From contig CAWBAT010000004.1 of NCBI GenBank assembly GCA_963786955.1, positions 384,001 to 448,000 on the forward strand: a DNA stretch of 64,000 nt, written 5' to 3'. Source of the stretch: an uncultured Acidimicrobiia bacterium (GTDB lineage Bacteria > Acidobacteriota > Terriglobia > Versatilivoradales > Versatilivoraceae). Of the stretch, positions 52,724 to 61,658 are shown piece by piece; positions within the stretch are counted from its first letter, which is position 1; every line of letters begins with the position of its first letter. The notes below the pieces were generated by a model. That model made no database searches, was not told where the DNA came from, and saw nothing but the letters and a program-made list of their open reading frames with translations. Both the position numbers and the translations under genes were made by a program.

Positions 52724-55177
52724 TCACATCAAGTCGATGGGATCAATATCGATTTGCAGCCGGCTAAAATCGATTCCTTGCTTTTCACCTTGTGCCAGGC
52801 ATCGTTGCAGCAATTCTTTGAGCGTCTGGCGGGTTTTCGCTTTGATGAGGATCTGGTAGCGATGCTCGTTCTTCAGCCTTGCCAACGGAGAGAGAGCCGG
52901 CCCGAAAATACGAGTTTCGGTGTTTACGAGGCCGGATAAGACATCTGCGAAGCTATTAATCAGCCTGACCGCTCGATCCAGGTTGCGGTCGCGGGACAAA
53001 ATATTCGCCATGGCCGTAAAGGGTGGATAGTGCATCAACTTTCGGAACTTGAGTTCTTTTTCGAAAAACCCTTCATAGTCATGTTTCCGGACAAATTGCA
53101 GGCAGTAATGTTCCGGGAAGTAGGTTTGAATCAAGACCTGTCCCATGAGCTCACCACGGCCAGCCCGTCCTGACATCTGGGTAAATAACTGAAAGGTCCG
53201 CTCGGCGCTCCGAAAATCGGGTAACGAGAGCACACTGTCAGCCGAAAGGATTCCCACCAGGGTGACCTGATGAAAATCGTGTCCTTTCGAAATCATCTGC
53301 GTTCCGGTCAGAATATCAATCTCTCCAGTCTGCACCTGCCGCAGGATCTTCAGATGGGCATTCTTCTTCCGCGCGGTATCTCGATCCAAGCGCGCAATTC
53401 GAGCCTGTGGGAAAATCTTATCCAAGACTGCTTCAATCTTCTCTGTCCCCTCCCCCAGAAAATGAAGATGCTCACTGCCACAAGCCGGACAATTTCCCGG
53501 AACCGCTTGTTCGTAGGAACAATAGTGACACACCAGGCCATTCTTAGATTTATGATAAGTGAGGGTGATGCTGCAATTCCGGCAGCGAATGCTCTGTCCA
53601 CAATGCCGGCAGAGTAAGCTCGCTGAGTACCCTCTCCGGTTGAGGAGCACGAGAGTCTGCTCCTTTCGGGCAAGACGCACTTGGATCTGCTCTTTGAGAA
53701 CACTGGAGAGCGTTGGCTTCTTCCCTCCGATCTTGAACTCTTCTCTCATATCCACTAGGGTGACTTCTGGAAGGGGGCGGTCTTGAACCCGTGACGCTAG
53801 CCGGAGGTATTGATATTTCCCGTTCTTCGCATTGTAAAAAGTCTCAACGGAGGGAGTCGCGGACCCTAAGATGACCACCGCATTTTCCTGCTTTCCTCGC
53901 ACCAACGCTGTATCCCGCCCGTTATAACGTGGGCTTTCGTGTTGCTTAAAGGAAGGATCATGCTCTTCGTCCACGACAATGAGGCCAATGTTGTGGAGCG
54001 GAGCAAAAACGGCCGAGCGGGTTCCGATCACAACCTTGGCTTCTCCTCGACGAATTCTCCACCACTCATCAAAGCGCTCGCCATCAGACAATCCGCTGTG
54101 AAGAATTGCTGAGGCATTTTTCAAGCGCCCGCGAAACTCCTGGGCTACCCGGGGAGTAAGTCCGATTTCCGGCATTAATATCAGGCAAGTTTTCCCCATT
54201 GCCAGGGACTGCTCAATGAGCGTCAAGTAAATTTCGGTTTTTCCGCTTCCGGTCACGCCGTGGAGAAGCCAGGAGGAAAAAGAAGTGGCTTGCAGAGCCT
54301 TGCTTAGTTCCGTGATGGCAGCTTTTTGCTCGATGGTGTGTTCAGGCACAACGGAGAAAGAGGGCTGAGGCATCTCTCGATAGGGGTCACGCTGGAGGCG
54401 TTCTGAGGTGATTCGAATCAGACCCTTTTTCTCCAAGGTGTTGACGGTTGATCGAGAAACCTTCTGCTGAGCGAGTAACTCGGTAAGAGCGATCGGCTCT
54501 TTTCTTTTCTGAAGACACTCCAGAATTTCAAGTTGCCTGGCGGTGAGCTTCAAAGTCCCCGTTTTGGATAAATCCGAAAAAGCCAGAGATACTTGAAGCT
54601 GTGTTTTTTCTGAACAGCTGCTTGGGCTAAAAGAGTGGTCGATCCTCACCCATTGGTTTGAGACAAGTTTCGGCAACATTCGATCGGCCGAGGCAATGCC
54701 GGTTTCATTTTTGAGCTCGAGTGAAGTCAGCGATTTCTTTTGTGCAAGGATCCTGAGAACGCGTGTTTCTTGTTCATTGAGGCCGGGCAATGCCTCAGCC
54801 TTGGCCACCTCTTCTCCTTGACTGGTAATGACTGCGTGTTTGTGGCTTTTGAGGCTGCCCCCCGGCGGTAGACAAGCTTTAAGCACTTCCCCTAAGGAGG
54901 CAAAATAGTAATCCGCAATCCATTGGCTGAGTTTGAACAGGCTGGCTGGAATCACCGGAACCGGGTCGACGACCTTGAGAATGTCCTTGATGGCGACACT
55001 GCTCTGGATTTCTACGGGAAGCTGCGCGTGGGTTTTCACCACAAATCCCATCATCTTCCGGTTTTGAAAAGGGACGAGGACTCTTTGGGCGGGCTGGGCC
55101 GATTCAAAGATTTCTTGCTCACATCGGTAGTAAAAAGTCCGATGAAGTGGTAACGGCAGGGCGACTTCGAGGAACAT
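52724..55177 (-). CDS. priA: Primosomal protein N'
   Basis: GVTGSGKTE, DEEH, Cys-rich Zn region and GRAGR motifs. Confidence 0.97.
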   Translation of the reverse strand: MFLEVALPLPLHRTFYYRCEQEIFESAQPAQRVLVPFQNRKMMGFVVKTHAQLPVEIQSSVAIKDILKVVDPVPVIPASLFKLSQWIADYYFASLGEVLKACLPPGGSLKSHKHAVITSQGEEVAKAEALPGLNEQETRVLRILAQKKSLTSLELKNETGIASADRMLPKLVSNQWVRIDHSFSPSSCSEKTQLQVSLAFSDLSKTGTLKLTARQLEILECLQKRKEPIALTELLAQQKVSRSTVNTLEKKGLIRITSERLQRDPYREMPQPSFSVVPEHTIEQKAAITELSKALQATSFSSWLLHGVTGSGKTEIYLTLIEQSLAMGKTCLILMPEIGLTPRVAQEFRGRLKNASAILHSGLSDGERFDEWWRIRRGEAKVVIGTRSAVFAPLHNIGLIVVDEEHDPSFKQHESPRYNGRDTALVRGKQENAVVILGSATPSVETFYNAKNGKYQYLRLASRVQDRPLPEVTLVDMREEFKIGGKKPTLSSVLKEQIQVRLARKEQTLVLLNRRGYSASLLCRHCGQSIRCRNCSITLTYHKSKNGLVCHYCSYEQAVPGNCPACGSEHLHFLGEGTEKIEAVLDKIFPQARIARLDRDTARKKNAHLKILRQVQTGEIDILTGTQMISKGHDFHQVTLVGILSADSVLSLPDFRSAERTFQLFTQMSGRAGRGELMGQVLIQTYFPEHYCLQFVRKHDYEGFFEKELKFRKLMHYPPFTAMANILSRDRNLDRAVRLINSFADVLSGLVNTETRIFGPALSPLARLKNEHRYQILIKAKTRQTLKELLQRCLAQGEKQGIDFSRLQIDIDPIDLM

Positions 55178-55454
55178 GCCTTATGGACTTTTGAGTTTAG
55201 GAATGGCTGAGTAAGGGATCACAGCTTTGATATTCGCTTGGCAAACGGCTGCATGAACAATTCTACTGCATCAGAATTGCAGACCTGATTTCCCTACTGC
55301 GCAGTTATTGCCAAACTGTGTTCGTTGAGTTTCACGCGGTTGTGAATCTAATTTCATGCGCTTCATGATAACTTTCATGAGTTTTCATTATGGCCCTGTC
55401 AATAGGCTGGCTCAAGGGATTTCTGCTTGACCGTTGGTCGATGTGTCATTCAGC

Positions 55455-55605
55455 CTAAGGACTACTATTCGTAATTACGGTGAGCCGTCTTTGGATAGGC
55501 GCCGCGTGAGGTTGGAGCTTTGAGAAAGCCCCAAGCCTACAAAATTGTAGGCCGGGTCACCGACCCGGCGTAACGGTCACTGTATTTATGAAAAGCATTA
55601 CTTAG
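55455..55605. repeat. MITE-like element containing GTAG-type REP hairpins (copy B)
   Basis: Shares attcgtaatt, ggataggcgccgcg, gcctacaaa.ttgtaggccggg.caccgacccggcgt and the cttag end with 3975-4109. Confidence 0.75.
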
Positions 55606-55642
55606 TTTCGGGGTGGCGCACCCATTAGAAGGCCTTTGTCAA

Positions 55643-56180
55643 TAGAACAAACTACCCCTTGAGTGCGACGTAGACTTTTTTGCAAAGGCTCCCTTGCCAG
55701 ATTCCTTTCTCGATCTTCAGAGCTAGCGGCTCATCGAGGACCGTACGCTGTCTACCGGCGGCCTTAGCTGGGTCTACGGGCTAAATTCCTTAGCTTTCTC
55801 CAGCCATGATTCGAACTGGAGAAGGCGGAAGGATCCCGGCCGAGTTTTTGAACCACGCACCCAGGGTTTTCTTGCTTGAGGATCGGCTCGTATCGAGTCC
55901 GTCCATGCACCCATCAGGATCAAGGCTATCGAGGACCATTGGCCTCATTAGCCCCTGGCGCCGTGCGGCGCCCCAGAAAATCGTTGGTACCAGACCGTGT
56001 CCAATGGGCGTGACCGGGTCACAGAATCGGTGGTTCTCCAAGCCAACCGGCTTGGACCAGCGCCGGGCAGGCTCGCGGTCTGGGCGTGCTCGAAAACATC
56101 AGCCTATATCGGGACGGGGACTGTGTCCAATCAGACAGCTGGATTTACACCAGCGCCACCCAAGGCTCACAGCCCCCACC
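55643..56180 (-). ncRNA. Putative bridge RNA / seekRNA region of the IS1111-type element
   Basis: Stem-loop at 56116-56176 carries GGGTGGCGC and TGTCTG matching the two halves of the target; scaffold repeated downstream; transcript ends unknown. Confidence 0.8.
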
Positions 56181-56185
56181 CAGCT

Positions 56186-57205
56186 TTAGCTGCTGAACAA
56201 GCGGGTCGGTTCAAACCGCACCTGATCTCGCAGCACATAATAACAGGCCCGCGCCAGCTTGTGAGCCAGGGCCTTAATTGCCAGCGTCCGATTGACGGCG
56301 GCTGTTTTCCGTTCCACAAATCGTCGGGCTGACCCATACGACCGGGCCGCGTGGGTCGCTGCCTCCACAAAGGCCCAGGCCAGATACCGGTTGCCGTTAT
56401 GGCGGTTGTTCTCCCCTTTCTTCTTCTGGTTGCTCAACCGGGTGCTGGCGACACAGCGGCAGTAAGAGGCGTAATCACCGACTTGAGGGAATCGCCCGAT
56501 GTCGCCGGTCTCCAGCCAGATGGTCAGGGCGAGAATTGGTCCCACCCCATAGACACTTTGCAACAACTCAAAGGAGGCTTCCGGCTTGGCCTGGCTCTTG
56601 AGCTGTTTCTCAATGACCGCAATCTGTTTGTCCAGAGCCTGGATCACCAGCAGCGAACTCTCCACCGCCAGCCTCCGTTCCCGGTCGGGAAACAACTCCC
56701 GAACCTCGGCGACACTCAGCTGCCGAATCGGGGTGTCGGGACTGCGCCGTCCCTGGTGGCGACTCAACAGATTGTTGACGTGCAATAACTGACTGGTGCA
56801 TTGCCTCACCAGAAAACTGCGTTGTCGCAACAGATCTCTCAGTGGCCGCTGCCCAGCCGGGTAAATGTAGCCGGTTGGCAAAAGCTTCAGCCGCAGCATC
56901 TCCCCCAGCCAGCGCGCATCTGACTTGTCGTCACTGTACTTGAGCCCCTGGTACTGCTGCATCGCATTCGGGTTGGCCAGCTTCACCGAGTAGCCCGCTT
57001 CCTTCAGTCCATCCACCAACCAGTACCAGTTGTAGGTCGACTCCACGGCCAGCTCCACAATCTGCTCTCGATACGGCTCTAGTTGCTCTAGCACCACCAT
57101 CATCTCATTGGGCAACCGACACCGATGCACCACGATTCCTCCTTCGTCCAGCAGCACCAGATAACTGTTGTTGGCATGCAGATCGATTCCGCCATATAGT
57201 TTCAT
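56186..57205 (-). CDS. IS110-family transposase (bridge recombinase)
   Basis: GIDLH, VEST and SDDKSDA DEDD RuvC-like motifs; GVGPI and SYC...S motifs. Confidence 0.96.
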   Translation of the reverse strand: MKLYGGIDLHANNSYLVLLDEGGIVVHRCRLPNEMMVVLEQLEPYREQIVELAVESTYNWYWLVDGLKEAGYSVKLANPNAMQQYQGLKYSDDKSDARWLGEMLRLKLLPTGYIYPAGQRPLRDLLRQRSFLVRQCTSQLLHVNNLLSRHQGRRSPDTPIRQLSVAEVRELFPDRERRLAVESSLLVIQALDKQIAVIEKQLKSQAKPEASFELLQSVYGVGPILALTIWLETGDIGRFPQVGDYASYCRCVASTRLSNQKKKGENNRHNGNRYLAWAFVEAATHAARSYGSARRFVERKTAAVNRTLAIKALAHKLARACYYVLRDQVRFEPTRLFSS

Positions 57206-57242
57206 CAGAGGTCTCCTTTCGGGATTAAGTTCGGTACTTAAC

Positions 57243-57273
57243 CCTGAGTCTATCCCATTCGGATAGACTCAGG
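57243..57273. other. Perfect 13-bp hairpin in the IS 5' leader
   Basis: cctgagtctatcc-cattc-ggatagactcagg. Confidence 0.7.
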
Positions 57274-57294
57274 AGGCCTTCTAGATGATTATCA

Positions 57295-57399
57295 GACATG
57301 TGGTTTTTGCATGTCTGCGCCAGTCGACAATCGAAAGGCCTGGCCTCAGCGCATGCATTCAATTCGAAGACATGCACACAGCGCATATCTTCACCACCC
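57295..57399. repeat. REPIN-like inverted REP doublet (copy 1; left arm split by the IS, first 10 bp at 55611-55620)
   Basis: Close direct repeat at 59160-59268. Confidence 0.85.
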
Positions 57400-57472
57400 A
57401 GCGAAATCTATGGAGCAACATAATACAGGCCATTCGCTGATGCCGAAGTCTGTTGCCAACTGAACTAGCTGG

Positions 57473-58827
57473 TCAATCCTTGATGGCCTGGTAAGCCAAA
57501 TTCAATGTCTTTGAGGCCAGGTTCAGGCCTCCGGTTGGATGTAGCTGTCCCATAAAGATTGCAATCATGTCTTCTTTGGGGTCGATCACGAACGAAGTAT
57601 AGAAGAATCCCCCCCAATAATAGGCCCCGAGCGAGCCCAATTCGGTCAGATGTCTAGGCTCGCCGTTGACGCCAAAACCAAGCCCATAGCCCATGTCGTC
57701 GAGCTTTCCCTGGACGTGATTTTGCGAGACGAGTTCAACAGACTTCCGGCTCAGCAGGCGTACACCATTCAACTCACCGCCCTTCAGCAGCATCTGGCAA
57801 AACCGGTAATAATCTTCGGCTGTTGAGCACAGCCCCCCCCACCGGAAAAGTAAGTCCGGGGCCCATGGTAGGGATAATCGGAAGAATAGACAAACGCTCC
57901 TTCTTCAACGACCTGTTTCTCGGCAAATGGCTGGAGCCCCTTTGCAGGATAGTAGGTATAGGCGGTTGCCAGCCGTGTTAGTTTCTCTTCCGGCACAAAG
58001 AAACAGGTGTCCTTCATCCCCATTGGTTTAAAGATCCGTTCCCGGAAGAACTGGTCAAGCGTCATCCCTGAAATCACTTCGACCAGGTATCCCAACACAT
58101 CGTCCGAAAGACTGTATTCCCAGGCCTCACCAGGCTGAAAGAGGAGAGGGAGAGAAGCGAGCTTCCTTACCGCATCACCGATGCTCCCTTCCTGCGGGAA
58201 CAGGCCGTGACCAATACTGGCTTCCCGATATCCCTTACCCAGACGATCGTTCCAGTGGTAGGTGAGTCCGGAAGTATGCGTGAGCAGGTGGCGGATCGTG
58301 ATGGGGCGTCTGGCATCTGTCAGGAATCCCGGAGGGGAGGTCTTGTCCTGAGGAAAGGGGGGGTCCAGAACCTTCATATTCTTGAATTCCGGGATAAAGT
58401 TGGAGACGGGATCGTTCAACAGGAAACGTCCTTCCTCGTAGAGCATCATCACGGCCACACTGGTAATAGGCTTGGTCATGGAGCAGATCCGAAAGATCTG
58501 GTCCGTGTGCATGGGCGTCCTGGCCTCCCGGTTCGCCATGCCGAACGCTTTGAAATAGGCAACCTTGCCGTGGCGAGCAACAAGTGTGACGGCGCCAGCG
58601 ATGCGGCTGTCGTCAATGCTTTTCTGGACTACATTGTCGATTCGTTCAAGGCGCTCCGATGAAAGTTCTACATCTTCTGGAGAACCGGCCGATGCGACTG
58701 TTTCAGAATGAAGTGAGGTTGTTTTGGATACAGCCAACTTCTTGGCTGACGATTCGGGGCGGACTACGAGTCCCAGGGAGATTACTAACAGCAGGGAGAA
58801 CGATAATTTCCGAGCGAAATTGTTCAT
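57473..58827 (-). pseudogene. Serine hydrolase (beta-lactamase class C-like), split by a frameshift in a G8 run
   Basis: SMTK, LLTHTSG, WEYS and WGG motifs; G9 at 57833-57840 would restore SGGGGLCSTAEDY and fuse the two ORFs. Confidence 0.85.
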
Positions 58828-59159
58828 CGAAGTTGCTCCTCATATTTTGTTACTTCTTCGCCTACTGCTGCCGTGGTCAGGTTGGTAAACAGTTTTAGGA
58901 CGAAGAAAGATTTGCCCATTTCTTGCCGACTTCCCCTGACTCACTGAGAACGTCAAGGAAAATGCAATGTTGATTCCTGACCTATATTCCCCTTGGACCT
59001 AATTTCTGAGAAAAAAAAGTGGTTCTAGGCAAACAAATAAGTCAAATATTCAAGCTTACTCAAAACAAATGAGCTGACTCGTCTGGTCCGCCCCCAGCTC
59101 CAATCGCTAGGATTTGAGTCTTGTTGTTAAAGACGTTCTGTCCATGTAATTTGATTCCA

Positions 59160-59268
59160 CGCAGACATGTGCTTCTTACATGCCTGCGTCAGTCGACAAT
59201 CGAAAGGCCTGGCCTCAGCGCGTGAATTCAATTCGAAGACATGCATACAACGCATGTCTTCACCACCC
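59160..59268. repeat. REPIN-like inverted REP doublet (copy 2)
   Basis: gcagacatg...cagtcgacaatcgaaaggcctggcctcagcgc...cgaagacatgca...caccaccc. Confidence 0.85.
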
Positions 59269-59347
59269 GCCGGATTAGTGGAACTTCCACAGTAGGGTTA
59301 GGAAGCCCCTTCAAGGCTTCATCTTTTGCTGCGGGGGGTCTTGCCGG

Positions 59348-60196
59348 CTATCCTTTGCTCTCGGGCCCGGGTGCCGACTGGTCCAGCAAGTCACGAACCT
59401 TCTTCATGTCTTCCCAGACATCGCGTTTGGCTTCGGGGTTCCGCAGTAGGTAAGAGGGATGAAAGGTAGGCATGACCTTGGTTCCCAAACAATCATGGAA
59501 ACGTCCGCGGAGTCGGCCGATTGGGACTTTGGTCTGCAGGATCGTCTGAGCCGCAGCAGCCCCAAGACAACAAATAACGGTCGGCCGGATGGATTCCAGC
59601 TGACGGAGCAAGAAAGGGGAGCAGGCCGCCACTTCATCCGGTTCCGGATATCGATTATTGGGGGGACGACATTTGACAACGTTGCAGATATAGACTTGGT
59701 CACGGGTGAGCTGAATGGCTTCAATGATTTTCGTCAAGAGCTGCCCGGCCCGGCCGACAAATGGGAGTCCTGCTTCGTCTTCATCAGCTCCCGGCCCTTC
59801 TCCCACAAAGACGAGACGTGCCTTGGCGTCTCCCGCTCCGAAAACAATATTCATTCGCGTGGAGCAGAGCTTGCACCGTTTGCAGTCTCCAAGGCCTGTC
59901 TGGATTTCTTCCAGTGTCTCTTGCTTGCCCGTTACAGGAGAAGAAAGGGCAGAAAGAGATGGACTCGACTCTTGAACTTCGCGTGTTTTTTCTTTGGACT
60001 CGGGATAAGGTGTCTTGGGTGTCATAAATTGAGAGGAGATGGACGGTTCGGTGACAAGAGGATGGGTTACAGAAGGTTCCGGAGATTGTGCCCGTCCTGG
60101 CTTTTGGACTTTGAGGCCATCGATGCCAATCTCCCGGTAATACTCAAGGCGCGCCTTGAGTTGATCGAGATAGAATTGTTGGGATTGCTCAGCCAC
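59348..60196 (-). CDS. Uracil-DNA glycosylase family 4
   Basis: CKRCKL, VGEGPG, PFVGRAG, NVVKCRPP and HPSYLLR motifs. Confidence 0.95.
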   Translation of the reverse strand: MAEQSQQFYLDQLKARLEYYREIGIDGLKVQKPGRAQSPEPSVTHPLVTEPSISSQFMTPKTPYPESKEKTREVQESSPSLSALSSPVTGKQETLEEIQTGLGDCKRCKLCSTRMNIVFGAGDAKARLVFVGEGPGADEDEAGLPFVGRAGQLLTKIIEAIQLTRDQVYICNVVKCRPPNNRYPEPDEVAACSPFLLRQLESIRPTVICCLGAAAAQTILQTKVPIGRLRGRFHDCLGTKVMPTFHPSYLLRNPEAKRDVWEDMKKVRDLLDQSAPGPESKG

Positions 60197-61424
60197 GTTG
60201 TTGCTTCAGTTCGATAACCTTGTCCAGTATGAGATGGGCAATTTTTGATTTGGGAAGCTTATCGGAATGAAACCGCTGGCCCTCCTTGCTCAGGATGGTC
60301 ACGATATTCGTGTCCACATCAAATCCCGCCCCTTCTTGAGTGACGTCATTTAAGACCAGGAGATCTAATTTCTTGGAGTTCAACTTCTTCTCCGCATTTT
60401 CCAGCGGGTTGTCGGTCTCGACGGCAAACCCGACGATAATCTGATCCTTCTTTTGCTGGCCGAGTTCAGCAAGAATATCGACCGTAGGGACTAACTCAAG
60501 AGTCATGGACTGCGCCGATTTCTTGATCTTCCCAGTCGCGGTGTTCTTGGGCCGGAAATCCGATACAGCCGCCGCTTTAACCAGAATGCTGGCTCGCGAA
60601 AACTCTCGCGAGACCGCTACGCGCATCTGTTCGGCGCTGCGGACTGAGATCCATTCGACATTTTCAGGGGGCTGCAGGTGCGTTGGGCCGCTGACCAGAA
60701 TAGTCTTCGCCCCTCGCAGTTGAGCGGCTCTGGCAATTTCGTAGCCCATTTTCCCCGACGAGCGATTCGTGATGTATCGCACCGGATCAATCTCCTCGCA
60801 AGTGGGGCCAGCTGTGACCAGTACGGTTTCTCCTGCCAGATCCTGAATCGGGGAACCGAGGGCAACGACGGCTTCAACGATACGCTCCAGGGCTGCCAGA
60901 CGACCTATGCCGATGATCCCCTCCGCCAGATAACCTTCCTCCGGGGGGATGATTGTGACTTTAAGGGAGCGAAGCTTTTCCAGATTCGCCTGGACAGCGG
61001 CATGGTGCCACATATTGACGTTCATCGCCGGGGCAAGAACAACCGGCGAAGTCACCGCTAGATAAAGCGTTGAGAGCAGGTCGTCGGCAATTCCGTGGGC
61101 CAGTTTTGCGATGATATTCGCCGTGGCAGGAGCTACCAGCAAAAGGTCTGCAGACCGGGCCAGGTGGATATGATCGATTGCCACCTGAAGACCCGCTTCG
61201 GATTCGTCATTCGGGAAAGTATAAGTATAGACACGATTCTTACTGAGAGCCGCCAGAGTGGTTGCCGTGACAAACTTCCGAGCATTTTCGGTCAGCACGA
61301 CGGTGACATCACAACCTTGTTTTTGCAGCAGCCGGACCAGTTCGGCCGACTTATAGGCCGCGACTCCACCACTCACTCCCAGTAGCACTCTCATAGTGAC
61401 CCCAGGTCTCAGGTCGACCGGCAA
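60189..61424 (-). CDS. coaBC: Bifunctional phosphopantothenoylcysteine decarboxylase/ligase
   Basis: GGVAAYK, APAMN, TAGPT and NRSSGKMG motifs. Confidence 0.97.
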   Translation of the reverse strand: MPVDLRPGVTMRVLLGVSGGVAAYKSAELVRLLQKQGCDVTVVLTENARKFVTATTLAALSKNRVYTYTFPNDESEAGLQVAIDHIHLARSADLLLVAPATANIIAKLAHGIADDLLSTLYLAVTSPVVLAPAMNVNMWHHAAVQANLEKLRSLKVTIIPPEEGYLAEGIIGIGRLAALERIVEAVVALGSPIQDLAGETVLVTAGPTCEEIDPVRYITNRSSGKMGYEIARAAQLRGAKTILVSGPTHLQPPENVEWISVRSAEQMRVAVSREFSRASILVKAAAVSDFRPKNTATGKIKKSAQSMTLELVPTVDILAELGQQKKDQIIVGFAVETDNPLENAEKKLNSKKLDLLVLNDVTQEGAGFDVDTNIVTILSKEGQRFHSDKLPKSKIAHLILDKVIELKQQRG

Positions 61425-61429
61425 AGAAA

Positions 61430-61657
61430 TTAGTGTCCTTTACTTCCTCTCTGGCTCTTCTTTTTTGCCGGTATAGGACCCACTTTAACCTCGTATTCCA
61501 CCAAACCTCGCGATACCTCTTCTTGAGCCACTTGGGTCATTTTCCGCCCTGGTAACTCAATCAAAGCCTGAGCCCCTGCTTGGAGCTGGCGAGTTCGTCT
61601 GGCTGCGATAATCACAAACCGGTATTTGCTGTCAATTTTGCCTATATTGCGAATCAA
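61430..61657 (-). CDS. rpoZ: RNA polymerase omega subunit
   Basis: SKYRFVIIAARRTRQL; lies between gmk and coaBC. Confidence 0.92.
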   Translation of the reverse strand: MIRNIGKIDSKYRFVIIAARRTRQLQAGAQALIELPGRKMTQVAQEEVSRGLVEYEVKVGPIPAKKKSQRGSKGH

Positions 61658-61658
61658 G

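Larger units (their letters stand above)
55621..57294 (-). mobile_element. IS110-family element, IS1111 group, inserted in a REP hairpin at a CA core
   Basis: Sub-terminal inverted repeats tagaaggcct (55626-55635) and aggccttcta (57274-57283); flanks rejoin to GGCGCAGACATG-N9-CATGTCTGCGCC; long 3' non-coding region. Confidence 0.92.

Noticed and set aside
55790-56370. Short ORFs (83-127 aa) overlapping the IS 3' region
   Set aside because: No recognisable motifs; the region is better explained as structured non-coding RNA.
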